Both the position numbers and the translations under genes were made by a program. DNA of 64,000 nucleotides from Auanema rhodensis (Eukaryota; Animalia; Nematoda): positions 11,408,001 to 11,472,000 of the forward strand of contig OZ059899.1 in NCBI GenBank assembly GCA_964057225.1, read 5' to 3'. This document shows, one piece after another, positions 36,126 to 47,169 of this stretch (the first letter of the stretch is position 1; the number at the start of each line of letters is the position of its first letter). The notes under the pieces were generated by a model. That model had not been told where the DNA came from. It did not search any database and saw only the letters and a program-made list of their open reading frames with translations.

Positions 36126-36938
36126 GGGTGGTTCAGTGGATTTGAAGTGTAGAGAACGAGAACGCTAGGTTACTTGGACAACGATTTATTAAGAGAGAAC
36201 TGGTAAAGACAACAGTGACAAAAATAGGAATATAGATGAATACGATACGAAGCAAGAATACAAAGTAAATATGGAGCAGCAGCAACAGCAGAACGACGCT
36301 CGGAGCGGTCGTTGGATCAAGAGGTCAAGAATGGGAAAAGCTGCGAGCTTATATACGAATTCTACCGGGCGATATACAATACATATTAATGATGGCATGA
36401 AGAAATAGAGAAATAATTTACAACAAGAATACGAAATAATATATAATAAATGAAATATAAAATAATCTAGGAATAATAGATACGTGGGCTGAATATTAGA
36501 ATAGAATAGAATATAGAGAGAATACAGCATTTTGCCACAGATTGAATGTGCCTTCTGCTGTAAGTTGTGGGGGCAGGCTAAGTGTAGATGAGTCATGTCT
36601 TATCCTGTGCGGCATCTCCCAGATTTTGCAGGATGCGCGAGTGGGCGAATGAGTCATGAGCCATTTAGACCTCGATTGCAACTTACAAGATTATTGATTA
36701 AGCTAAACGAATTCTTAAGATTAAAATAGACTATAGGCAATAAGAGAACAAGATTAACATAAAAGGTTAAGATGGATAGATGTGTTTAAGAGACAATAAT
36801 GAAGGAACATCTGGTGAGTAATCGGATAAACTTGCATGTGTGTGTGCGGCACGTATGAGTCATAGGTGAATAAAATAGTGGGAATAAAGTGCATCGTTGT
36901 CCAAAAAGAGTATGGGAAAGATGGAGTGCGTTCGCACA
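36080..36938 (-). repeat. Shared central LTR (family 2)
   Basis: Copy of 27037-27895, with PBS on one side and PPT on the other. Confidence 0.95.
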
Positions 36939-36971
36939 CTCCCGCCGCCGAATATGCTATAATAGCATTGT

Positions 36972-37364
36972 TCAGAAAAGGTCGACGTAGGAAGGCAGAG
37001 ATTCCTTGCTCGTCGATGGCTTGTTTGGTGGTGTGGCTTCTGTCTTCTTCAGCTTTGGCTTTGAGGGAGTTTGAGTCCCTTGTGTGCAGATATCAGGTAA
37101 AGACCTCTTCTGGAAGAGGTTTTTGATGCAGCGAAGTTCCTCAATGATGAGGTTCAATGGTGCTGTGAGTTGTTGGATGTCCTTGCGGAGATCCTTCATC
37201 TCATTTACCAGAAGCTTGAGTTCTGGTTGCGCTTCCACTACAATGATGTTGGATTTGCGTGGAGGCGATGTTTCACAGCTTCTCTTTCTTTCGGTGAGTC
37301 GTTTCGGTGAGTCGTTTCTCGTTGCCAAATAGTTGTAGATCAGTAAGCTCCTTTTCGAATACAT
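36972..37364 (-). CDS. Frameshift-separated C-terminal part of the polyprotein, copy 2
   Basis: Identical translation to 27929-28321. Confidence 0.6.
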   Translation of the reverse strand: MYSKRSLLIYNYLATRNDSPKRLTERKRSCETSPPRKSNIIVVEAQPELKLLVNEMKDLRKDIQQLTAPLNLIIEELRCIKNLFQKRSLPDICTQGTQTPSKPKLKKTEATPPNKPSTSKESLPSYVDLF

Positions 37365-40300
37365 TATAGGTCCTGGCTGTGTTGATAAAGTCCTTTATTT
37401 TGATGAAATAACAGAGAATATCAGTAGCGGCCAGTTGGATGTCTCTAGCAGGAGTATTCGTAATCGCTTCAAGTTGGAATAAAGTTTTCAGAGATAGATC
37501 CATGGATTGCAATAGGCCCTTGTAGTAATCATTTCTTTTGTCTAAGGACAGACGTAAGTATGATTGTTTTCTCTCGGCTGAGGAAGCAAGAGTATCGCGA
37601 ATAGTGTTGGCGTGAGTTGACATGATTAGGAATAAGAGTATGATAGCGACGTGGGTCTTCCGTTGAGTGATAAGGAAGAGGAGGCGCCTGAGGAAACGAA
37701 GCGTAATGATGGGCAGGCGGAGCGTGGTTTTAATAATTCTGATAGCAAAGAAAAGTGTGTTGCTCGCGATGGCGATGGAGTATGTCGTCATGATGTAATA
37801 CGAAATGGCCAATGCGGATAATATCAGTATGAGACAAAATAGAAGTTCTCTGTACCAGTTAAGGTAAATGTCGTAGAAATGAGTGATATCAGGCCATGGG
37901 AAAGATATAACTGACTCATGAATGGAGGAGTGATTGCCATCGACGTAGTGTTTGTTGAGATCTTCCATATTATTCACGTAATATAATATTCCGGTGAGCA
38001 AAAATGACTTCGTTTGTTTTCCGCAAGTGTATGAACACTGTGTTCGAGGTGAAGCTGTTGTCATTGGAAGTCGAATAGTGTTCATTGTTCCTTCAGGGCT
38101 GCAGTGTAGCATGAATGCTGTACCTTCGCAAGTTGTTGCCGCGAGAGTATTTGTTGATGAGGAACATATAATTTTAGCCTGTGCTCCGTTTTGACAGTTG
38201 TAACAGCCTGTTAACATGGAGTCTGTTATGTCGCAAAATTCCGAGCTGTAATTGAATGAGTTTTGGAATTTGCCATCAATTGTGATGTGTAGTTCGGCCA
38301 TAATGTTACGGTTGACAGTTATGTGAACTTTGCGATTTGAAGATTCGATGGAGTAGGCAGGTGTGATGAGTGGTAAGGCACTTTTCACATTTTCAAATGA
38401 TGTATTCAAAGAGTAGTCTTTGCATCGACAATTCACGGTATCTTCGGCTGGTGAACAATCGCAATGTGGAGTAGCTTGGCATTCCATTTTTATTGCTTTC
38501 TCTCTAGATGAGCAAGATAGAGTTGCTGGTTGGTTCCAGACTGCTGTTTTCGTCAGATTTCGAATGAATTTGTATTGCATTGCTGGTATGACGGGTGAAG
38601 TAATGCTGGTAAGTGCTATCTTGAATGGAGACAAAGAAGTTATCAAATCGCCGTGTAAGGTGATGTTTCTGGTGATTATATTTGTTCCATTTTGATAGGT
38701 AAGTAGCATCTGAGTAGATTGTGACCATTCTGTGCAAGTGAAGACTTCGTAAATGGATTTGTCCGTGGGTTTCATATACGTTCTGTAGAAGAGGCAACCG
38801 GATGATGGATAGAAGCATCCGCAGCCAATGCCTCCACAAGATTCTGTGCAGAATGTTTGTCCTGGGTATTGGTTGGCCATAGTTAGTTCATTGATCTTGG
38901 TGTCTTCTCTGATCATGGCGCATTTTGTTTCTTGGCAGGATCCAGTTCGTGGGCAACGTTTGCTGTCTTGGACTTGAGTGATGCTTTCTCTAGTGAAGTA
39001 TAGTGAATTTACTTCGCAAGAATAAGTGCTTTTGATCCACTGGATGCGTAGGAAAGTGATTTTGTCCTCGTTGTTGGTAAATGAGAGACATGCTTCCTGA
39101 GTGTATGGGCTGATGGTAAGTCGTTCTGATGTTCGGATTCGACATTCGTTTTGAGTGCATGACGATTCTTTTGTTGAAATCATGTTCAATTCTTGACATG
39201 CAGAGGTGTTTCCTATTTCTAACAGTATTATTGCAAGAAGAGGAATGACGGATTGCCTTCTTTTTGAGAAGAGTTTTTTCAATTTTCGTCCAATTGTCAG
39301 TGTGAGTGAGAAGATTATATAGCACCACAGACGAATTGGTTTGCCGATAACCCATGGTGTGTATAGTAGTCCGTAGCATAAGGCTGTGATCATATATACT
39401 ATGAGTGTCAGTAGCAAGATTGAAGTCCAAGGCCAGCACGATGGATTGAGCAGGGTTGCTGTACAAAATGTGCAGGTAACTGTAGAGCAGAAGTGGACTC
39501 CTGGGCATGTTAAGAACATGTGTTGAAGTCTGGAGTTGTGAAAAAATGTCCAACTGACTTGGTAGTCTGTCAATATTTCTGCTGTGGGAAGAGTGACGTC
39601 TCCGTTGTTACTACTGTTGAAGCATGTGTTTTGGATGCACACTTGTTGGTTTGCCGTACTGATTCCTTGGATATGAACTCCGTGGGAGTTGCATGAAATT
39701 GTTGGGTTTGCTGAGGCCATTGGTCCGAAAATCGCAAGTATTGTGAAGAAAGTGAGGAGTGTATTGGTTGTATCTCCGTACCATACTCGTGGTAAGTTAC
39801 GTAAGTTGGTTCTTCTTTCTTCATGAACTTGTTCTTCTGGTGTTGCGTTGCCCTTGAGTTTTTCTGGGATCTCGTTGTCTGAGATTTCCAATGGGTGCAG
39901 TAAGTTGACTGGTCTTTTTATTTCTCGACCTGTTTCCGAAATCAGCGTTGCTTCTCTGATGTTTCCTGATCTGTCGGGGTGAACTTGAATTATTTTTCCT
40001 GTACTCCATTTGTGACGGGGAATAGGAAGCTCGTTGATTAGGACGATTTGACCAATGGATGGAGTTAACTTTGTTCCCGCTTTCTTAACTGAAATGTTGT
40101 GATGGTGTGTAGCGCGGATCTCTTTCAGGTATAGGTCTGTCCAGAGTTCCCAGAACTTGTTTGTGCGTTTCCTTGATGAGTGAATGGCTCGTTCTGTATC
40201 AGCTTGAGTTTGTAGCGCTGGGCTGTCAATGTAATCCTCATCCATTTCTTCTTCTGATTCGACAGAGATGTTCAAGTCGATGTCTTTATAGATGAAATCG

Positions 40301-43300
40301 CATGGTCGTATGATCTCATCTTTGTTCGTATCTGTACCGATGTATGTGAGTGGACGTGTGTTTATTGTAGCTTCACACTCTGCAAGGGTTATTGTGAGCT
40401 CTTCAGTAGTTGGAGTACTGTGGAGTGTTTTGTAAAGAGCTTCCTTCACGGACCTAATAAGTCTTTCGTAAAAACCGCCTTGCCATGGGGCATAGGGGGT
40501 GATGTTGTGCCAGCGAATTTTGTATTGATTTCCGCTGTCTGTTGTAGTGAAGAGTTTGTTTGCAACCTTTTGACCAAGCTCAAAGGTGCTTGCGTTGTCG
40601 CAGGTTATGCTCGATGGGCATCCACGTCGTGCCCAGATTTTCCGTAAACAGTTGAGAAATGCGGTAGTTGTGAGGTTGTGAATCACCTCAAGATGGATGA
40701 GTCTTGTCACCGTGCAGGTGTAGATGCAGCTCCAGACTTTCGTATTTCCGTCTTTGACTGTGATGGGTCCGAAGTAGTCGAGACCTACGTGTTTGAAGGG
40801 TTGGCTTCGTTGGAGTCGTCTGGATGGTACGTTTCCTGATGGAGGGTACGTAAATGGCCGGTTGTTAAGCCTTTGACAATTTGCGCACTTTCTTATGACT
40901 GCTTGTGTCTGGGAACGTAGTTGAGGAATCCAGTATTTTTGTCGTACTTCCGCCATGGTATGAGCAGTACTTTTGTGAAATTTTTCATGAAAGTGCTCTA
41001 TGAGGAGTCGTGCGGTTGGTGTTTTGGGAAGGATGATGATAGGAAGCTTAGCTGATTGCTCTAGCTCAGCGTTTTCCATTCGTCCTCTACTGTGCCAGAG
41101 GTGATCTCTGAGGAGTGGACGGAGATCGTTTCTTTGGGCTGCTGTCAGACGAACCATCAAGTTTCTTTGATGAAGGTGTAGTAGATTTAGTTCTGCTTCT
41201 TCATAATGTTGAGGTGTACGAGCTTCAGTGAGTGGATAATGAGTTGCTATCCATTTTTCTTGTGCCTGTGTCCATGAGGAACAGTCTGATATCCATGGTT
41301 CTTCGTTTGGGTCGTCATCCGTAGTTGTCATGTGAACATTCACTTCATTCTGTGGAAGAGTGAATAATGGACCATTGATTGCTCGTTCGAGTTGAGCTTG
41401 TGGATTCCACCAGTAATGGTCGCTTAGCTCTGCTGTGGTACAACCTCTTGTGGCGATGTCAGCTGGATTATCCTTCGTGTTGATATAACCAAAGAAGGTC
41501 TTTATTTCCATATCTTCCAGTTGTTCTGCGCATTCGTTGATTTCTTTGATGCGGTTTTGTACCAAGACCCCAGTTGTTTTCTGGTCTGGTTTCTGTCGGA
41601 TCCAAGCAAGTGCTATCTCAGAGTCGGATAGAAAGGTAGCAGTTTCTATCTTGATGTTGCCTCTGATTTCTTTGGCGATTTTCAGAGTGTTTGATACTCC
41701 TATTGTAAGAGCAGAGATTTCTGCTTTTGGGATTGTGATGGATGAACTCTTGGAGTGCAACTTTGATTTTGCAAACATGAGCCTGGGTTTGCGAGTTGAT
41801 GCTGATAAGATGTAGACGCAAAATCCTAACGCTGATCCGCTGGAATCTGTGCAAGTGACCAGATGATATGAGTTTGTTGGGTCTGATGGTAGTGAGCGAG
41901 GAATCGCTTTTACCATGTGAAAATTGTCTGACAATTCTTTCCATTTTTGTTGTAGCTCATGGGGAAGTGTTGTGTCCCAGTCGAAGTTTTCTGTCCACAG
42001 TGATTGTAAAAACAGACGGAGTGGATGAAGGCTGGGGCAGATCATTCCCATAGGATCGAAGATTGAGGCTATAGCTTGAGTTATGCCTCTTTTGGTTGGT
42101 TTTGTTTCTGTTATCTTCGTCTCGATAATCCATTGATCAGTCTTGGTGTCCCAAGGTAGTCCCAATACTTTGGGTGTTGTTGAACTATTTTTCTCTTCCA
42201 TACTGAGGTTGTTGTTGAAGGTAGCGTCGTTAGATATGAACTCTTGGAGTGTCATATTCATTTCTGCGAATATGTCTTTGATGTCTTGATACCAGAGACA
42301 TATCTTTTCGCTCGAATCACATGCTAAGAGTAAGTTGTCGACGTAGAGGTTTTCCTTTATTTGATGGGCAAGAAAGTTTTCGTGACTTCTTTGCATCAGA
42401 TGATAGCGTATAGTTGCGCTGAGTAGGAATGGAGAAGCGTTGATGCCAAACGGAACTCGGCAAAAACGAAGTGTCCTTATGTTTTCTGGTGTGATTGGTT
42501 GATTGATGTCATTTAACCAGAAGAATCGTGTCGCGTCTCTTTCGGATTCGTGTAGTCGGATTTGAAGAAAGGCTTTTTTAACGTCAGCAATCATTGCTAT
42601 TGGTCCGCATCTGAATCGTAGTATCATCCCTATGAGAGAAGGAAGGATTAATGGGCCTTGGTGAATGACGTCGTTCAAGCTTGGCTTGTTTTGGTAATGT
42701 CCGGAGGCATCGTAGACTATTCTAAGCTTAGTCGTTTCCTTTTGAGGCGTTATCACTGCCTGATGGGCGATGTAGTGAATCCTATGAGCGTTTGGGTATG
42801 GATCCGTAGCCTCCTCAATGATGCCGCTGTTTAACTGTTCTTCAATAATGTTGTTGTATTGTTGAAGTAGTTGTGGTTGATTTGATAGTTTAAGGGCTAA
42901 ACTTGTCAATCTTTTGAGAGCAAGTGCTCTGTTGTCCGGAAGTAAGTGTGCGTTTTCTTTCCATGGGAACGAAACATAATAGCCATCTTCTTTCTTTTGG
43001 ATGGAAGCGTTGAATTGATCTAGGATCAATTTGTCTCTTGCTTCTCTCTCCTCTTGTTCTGTGCCGGTAAATTCCATGTGTTCTTCAATAAAACTTTTGT
43101 TCCATTTTTGAATTGGTATTGAAGATTCTCCTGTGATGACGGAGTAGGCACTAATTGACTTTTTGTCAGTTGTTTGACCGGTGATGAAATCTCCAAATTG
43201 TGTGTGGATGATTATGTTGTCTGGATTTAATTGCTCTACGGAAGTCAGTGCTTGCCACATAAGGTCCGATCCTATGAGGATTCTAGGAGTAATCTTGAAA

Positions 43301-45168
43301 GTTTGTCCTAGGCTTGGCTTGGCCTTTGTAGCTTTTTGGAAGCTGACTGTGTTGATAGGTCCTGTGAGAATCTTCTTTGTCCATAAGTTGGCAATGATTT
43401 CGGACTTGGTTCCGATGATCTTTGCTTCCACTTTATTGAGTTTCTCAATAGAGGTTGTGTTTCCGAAGGTTTTTATCTTTACTCGCTTCGTTTGGATTAC
43501 GGTAAGCTGAAGCTCTTTAGCGAGGTCTTCTTCGATGAAGGATGTGTCTGATCCGCTATCAAGTATAGCGGGCACAGCAATGGTCTTATCCCCTTTGAAG
43601 ATGTTGATCGTCCCTACCGGGAGTAGAGCGTTGTAAAACTGTTGGTCCTGTTGTTGAGTAGCGAACTGAATGATGTGTTCTTCCTCGTTGTAATCATCTT
43701 CCATGGGAGTGCTGCTTAACATATTCACTTTGGAAGTCTTCTTTCTTCCGTAGCAGAGGACTTCCAAGTGTTTTTCGCCACACTTGGAGCATGTGCGTTT
43801 GCTGGGGCAGTTCTCTGTGTTGTGAGACTTGCGTAGACAGTTGTGGCAGCGTTTTTCTTGAGTCAGAATGGTCTGACGTTCTTTCTTCGTCTTCGGAGTG
43901 TCGCAGTCCCAGGGAGCGTGGGGTTTCTGACAGAAGATGCAGCTTGTTGTTTTTGCTGCTGTTTTTCTCATCTCAGGTCGTGGGCGCTGAGGTGTCGACA
44001 CGTTGTTGGGCCTTGGGCCTGTGAAGCTGTTTGGACGTTGGATGGGTTTCTCAAATCGATCAGCAGCAAAGATTTTTACCTTGTTTTGTTGGCGAAGGTA
44101 TCTTTGAAGTGTCGATACTAGTGTTCCAATGCTGGGCCTTGTGTCGAGCGTTTTGTAGAGCTCTTGAGTAATGCTGCCTGGTAGCTTGCTGTGTAGAAGT
44201 ACAATAGCAAGAGCGTTTAGCGCTTCGTGTGGATTGGTTTCTGTTTGGCGAAAGATACCGGATATCTTGTCGGCCATGAACAGAAGGTCTCTGTTGCTCG
44301 TGGAGCGTGGTTGGATTTGTACGAAATCCAACATTAGGTGTTGGAGGATGTTGTCGTTGTCATCGTACAAATCATGGAGGAAGCAGACGGCAGCGTCATA
44401 GGAGTCTTCGTTCGTTGGGAACGAAGAGAGCTGAGCGGCTGCTTCACCGACAAGAGATTGGCGTAGGTAGTTAAATTTCTCGATTGTCGGTATGTTAGCC
44501 GAGTGGATGAGTCGGTTGAACAAACTCCAGAAGTTGCGCCAGTTCTTCACATTTCCGTCAAACTTAGGGATGTCTACAGGTTTGACCGTGGGTCTCAGTC
44601 TGTAGGACTCCCTGTACGCTATTGGTAGCGGTTCGTTTCCCAACTGAGCTTGAGTCGGTTGGGTGAGGTCTGGCCTCTGAACTTCAGTTGTGAGCGGAAT
44701 GTTGGCAATGGGCTGGGCAGACGGCGCAGAAGAAGTTTGTTCTTCTTCCGGGTCTTGAGCTCGCATTGCAGAGACTTGGTCTCTTAGCGCGGAGGTATAT
44801 CCACGTAGGGTGGATATGTGTCTCCGGAGAGTATCCTCGTTAGCGAGGATTCTCTCTTGATCTTCAGAGTTAAGATCTTCGGTAATATTGTTCAACTCCT
44901 CAATGAGGGAGTTGATCATGTTGATGTCAAGGTCAATAGCCAGCATCTCTTTTTCACGAAGTTCAATCATCCAGGTCATTTTGTTTGACTGGAGATTGAT
45001 TTGACGAGTCATGAAAGATTTTCTTCGTCCGTCCTGTTTTTGAAGCTTAGTCAAAAACGAAGTACACCTAGCGATCCAAGCGTTGGCCCGAGAGGTATCG
45101 GAAGCCTCGGCCTCATGCACCATGTTTTGACTGGAATCCTTTGAAGTAGGAGAGCGTAAAACAGGCAT
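37273..45168 (-). CDS. Gag-Pro-RT-RNaseH-IN-Env polyprotein (BEL/Pao), copy 2
   Basis: Translation appears identical to 28230-36125. Confidence 0.95.
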   Translation of the reverse strand: MPVLRSPTSKDSSQNMVHEAEASDTSRANAWIARCTSFLTKLQKQDGRRKSFMTRQINLQSNKMTWMIELREKEMLAIDLDINMINSLIEELNNITEDLNSEDQERILANEDTLRRHISTLRGYTSALRDQVSAMRAQDPEEEQTSSAPSAQPIANIPLTTEVQRPDLTQPTQAQLGNEPLPIAYRESYRLRPTVKPVDIPKFDGNVKNWRNFWSLFNRLIHSANIPTIEKFNYLRQSLVGEAAAQLSSFPTNEDSYDAAVCFLHDLYDDNDNILQHLMLDFVQIQPRSTSNRDLLFMADKISGIFRQTETNPHEALNALAIVLLHSKLPGSITQELYKTLDTRPSIGTLVSTLQRYLRQQNKVKIFAADRFEKPIQRPNSFTGPRPNNVSTPQRPRPEMRKTAAKTTSCIFCQKPHAPWDCDTPKTKKERQTILTQEKRCHNCLRKSHNTENCPSKRTCSKCGEKHLEVLCYGRKKTSKVNMLSSTPMEDDYNEEEHIIQFATQQQDQQFYNALLPVGTINIFKGDKTIAVPAILDSGSDTSFIEEDLAKELQLTVIQTKRVKIKTFGNTTSIEKLNKVEAKIIGTKSEIIANLWTKKILTGPINTVSFQKATKAKPSLGQTFKITPRILIGSDLMWQALTSVEQLNPDNIIIHTQFGDFITGQTTDKKSISAYSVITGESSIPIQKWNKSFIEEHMEFTGTEQEEREARDKLILDQFNASIQKKEDGYYVSFPWKENAHLLPDNRALALKRLTSLALKLSNQPQLLQQYNNIIEEQLNSGIIEEATDPYPNAHRIHYIAHQAVITPQKETTKLRIVYDASGHYQNKPSLNDVIHQGPLILPSLIGMILRFRCGPIAMIADVKKAFLQIRLHESERDATRFFWLNDINQPITPENIRTLRFCRVPFGINASPFLLSATIRYHLMQRSHENFLAHQIKENLYVDNLLLACDSSEKICLWYQDIKDIFAEMNMTLQEFISNDATFNNNLSMEEKNSSTTPKVLGLPWDTKTDQWIIETKITETKPTKRGITQAIASIFDPMGMICPSLHPLRLFLQSLWTENFDWDTTLPHELQQKWKELSDNFHMVKAIPRSLPSDPTNSYHLVTCTDSSGSALGFCVYILSASTRKPRLMFAKSKLHSKSSSITIPKAEISALTIGVSNTLKIAKEIRGNIKIETATFLSDSEIALAWIRQKPDQKTTGVLVQNRIKEINECAEQLEDMEIKTFFGYINTKDNPADIATRGCTTAELSDHYWWNPQAQLERAINGPLFTLPQNEVNVHMTTTDDDPNEEPWISDCSSWTQAQEKWIATHYPLTEARTPQHYEEAELNLLHLHQRNLMVRLTAAQRNDLRPLLRDHLWHSRGRMENAELEQSAKLPIIILPKTPTARLLIEHFHEKFHKSTAHTMAEVRQKYWIPQLRSQTQAVIRKCANCQRLNNRPFTYPPSGNVPSRRLQRSQPFKHVGLDYFGPITVKDGNTKVWSCIYTCTVTRLIHLEVIHNLTTTAFLNCLRKIWARRGCPSSITCDNASTFELGQKVANKLFTTTDSGNQYKIRWHNITPYAPWQGGFYERLIRSVKEALYKTLHSTPTTEELTITLAECEATINTRPLTYIGTDTNKDEIIRPCDFIYKDIDLNISVESEEEMDEDYIDSPALQTQADTERAIHSSRKRTNKFWELWTDLYLKEIRATHHHNISVKKAGTKLTPSIGQIVLINELPIPRHKWSTGKIIQVHPDRSGNIREATLISETGREIKRPVNLLHPLEISDNEIPEKLKGNATPEEQVHEERRTNLRNLPRVWYGDTTNTLLTFFTILAIFGPMASANPTISCNSHGVHIQGISTANQQVCIQNTCFNSSNNGDVTLPTAEILTDYQVSWTFFHNSRLQHMFLTCPGVHFCSTVTCTFCTATLLNPSCWPWTSILLLTLIVYMITALCYGLLYTPWVIGKPIRLWCYIIFSLTLTIGRKLKKLFSKRRQSVIPLLAIILLEIGNTSACQELNMISTKESSCTQNECRIRTSERLTISPYTQEACLSFTNNEDKITFLRIQWIKSTYSCEVNSLYFTRESITQVQDSKRCPRTGSCQETKCAMIREDTKINELTMANQYPGQTFCTESCGGIGCGCFYPSSGCLFYRTYMKPTDKSIYEVFTCTEWSQSTQMLLTYQNGTNIITRNITLHGDLITSLSPFKIALTSITSPVIPAMQYKFIRNLTKTAVWNQPATLSCSSREKAIKMECQATPHCDCSPAEDTVNCRCKDYSLNTSFENVKSALPLITPAYSIESSNRKVHITVNRNIMAELHITIDGKFQNSFNYSSEFCDITDSMLTGCYNCQNGAQAKIICSSSTNTLAATTCEGTAFMLHCSPEGTMNTIRLPMTTASPRTQCSYTCGKQTKSFLLTGILYYVNNMEDLNKHYVDGNHSSIHESVISFPWPDITHFYDIYLNWYRELLFCLILILSALAISYYIMTTYSIAIASNTLFFAIRIIKTTLRLPIITLRFLRRLLFLITQRKTHVAIILLFLIMSTHANTIRDTLASSAERKQSYLRLSLDKRNDYYKGLLQSMDLSLKTLFQLEAITNTPARDIQLAATDILCYFIKIKDFINTARTYNVFEKELTDLQLFGNEKRLTETTHRKKEKL

Positions 45169-45981
45169 GGGTGGTTCAGTGGATTTGAAGTGTAGAGAAC
45201 GAGAACGCTAGGTTACTTGGACAACGATTTATTAAGAGAGAACTGGTAAAGACAACAGTGACAAAAATAGGAATATAGATGAATACGATACGAAGCAAGA
45301 ATACAAAGTAAATATGGAGCAGCAGCAACAGCAGAACGACGCTCGGAGCGGTCGTTGGATCAAGAGGTCAAGAATGGGAAAAGCTGCGAGCTTATATACG
45401 AATTCTACCGGGCGATATACAATACATATTAATGATGGCATGAAGAAATAGAGAAATAATTTACAACAAGAATACGAAATAATATATAATAAATGAAATA
45501 TAAAATAATCTAGGAATAATAGATACGTGGGCTGAATATTAGAATAGAATAGAATATAGAGAGAATACAGCATTTTGCCACAGATTGAATGTGCCTTCTG
45601 CTGTAAGTTGTGGGGGCAGGCTAAGTGTAGATGAGTCATGTCTTATCCTGTGCGGCATCTCCCAGATTTTGCAGGATGCGCGAGTGGGCGAATGAGTCAT
45701 GAGCCATTTAGACCTCGATTGCAACTTACAAGATTATTGATTAAGCTAAACGAATTCTTAAGATTAAAATAGACTATAGGCAATAAGAGAACAAGATTAA
45801 CATAAAAGGTTAAGATGGATAGATGTGTTTAAGAGACAATAATGAAGGAACATCTGGTGAGTAATCGGATAAACTTGCATGTGTGTGTGCGGCACGTATG
45901 AGTCATAGGTGAATAAAATAGTGGGAATAAAGTGCATCGTTGTCCAAAAAGAGTATGGGAAAGATGGAGTGCGTTCGCACA
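45123..45981 (-). repeat. 5' LTR (family 2)
   Basis: Third LTR copy; PBS at 45108-45122; TSD outside. Confidence 0.95.
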
Positions 45982-46422
45982 GTTTTTTGAACAGCTTTTT
46001 TATATTTCTTTTTTCACTATGAGAGAACTTATATTTATTGCTTTTTCAAAATTTTCCATTTTTAACATTATACATCTTGACTATCACACATTGAGAACAA
46101 CAGTTGGCAATGTTGGTTGTACCGTCATATTTCATGCAGTTAGATTTTCAGACACATTAATACCTTTGACCATTCTTCTTATGAGTTTTGTAACGATAGA
46201 TCGTAATAGGAAATAGGAAATGAATTGCTATAATATGAAAAAATACAAGACATAGTCAACATTGATTTCCCCAAATAGTATCATGTTTGCTTGTTATTCA
46301 ATTAGAACACTTATTTTTTGATTGTTTTCTTGAAATATTCTTTTTTTTCTTTAACAAAGTTATGACTGAGATCAAAATTTGAACTTACTTTTGAACAATT
46401 AAACAGAAATTTAAAAAATATT

Positions 46423-46496
46423 TGCCGCCAGCAGGGGTCGAACCTGCGACCTTGGGCTTATTAGACCCACGCTCTAACCGACTGAGCTATGGCGGC
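46423..46496 (-). tRNA. tRNA-Ile(AAT)
   Basis: Array consensus cloverleaf. Confidence 0.97.
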
Positions 46497-47095
46497 CACA
46501 AAAGTACGAAATAACAAAGCGCTGATTATAGGAAACGTGAATGAATGCAGATATTCTCAATTCCGATTCATTAACTAGATCGTGGTCAGCATTTTACAAC
46601 ATTGATAAAATAGAAACTGAGAAAAAAACATCAACAAATGACACTATTAACTTGGTTTTTTGAACAGCTTTTTTATATTTCTTTTTTCACTATGAGAGAA
46701 CTTATATTTATTGCTTTTTCAAAATTTTCCATTTTTAACATTATACATCTTGACTATCACACATTGAGAACAACAGTTGGCAATGTTGGTTGTCACGTCA
46801 TATTTCATGCAGTTAGATTTTCAGACACATTAATACCTTTGACCATTCTTCTTATGAGTTTTGTAACGATAGATCGTAATAGGAAATAGGAAATGAATTG
46901 CTATAATATGAAAAAATACAAGACAAAGTCAACATTGATTTCCCCAAATAGTATCATGTTTGCTTGTTATTCAATTAGAACACTTATTTTTTGATTGTTT
47001 TCTTGAAATATTCTTTTTTTTCTTTAACAAAGTTATGACTGAGATCAAAATTTGAACTTACTTTTGAACAATTAAACAGAAATTTAAAAAATATT

Positions 47096-47169
47096 TGCCG
47101 CCAGCAGGGGTCGAACCTGCGACCTTGGGCTTATTAAACCCACGCTCTAACCGACTGAGCTATGGCGGC
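47096..47169 (-). tRNA. tRNA-Ile(AAT), C32U variant
   Basis: Anticodon loop TTAATAA. Confidence 0.93.

Larger units (their letters stand above)
27037..45981 (-). mobile_element. BEL/Pao (Belpaoviridae) env-containing LTR retrotransposon, family 2, tandem dimer LTR-int-LTR-int-LTR with 9043-bp period
   Basis: Three 859-bp TGT...ACA LTRs; 5-bp TSD GTTTT (27032-27036 and 45982-45986) splitting one array unit; two identical 2631-aa ORFs. Confidence 0.97.

Noticed and set aside
28041-44401. Short antisense and alternate-frame ORFs overlapping the polyproteins
   Set aside because: Shadow ORFs of a long coding sequence with no independent signal
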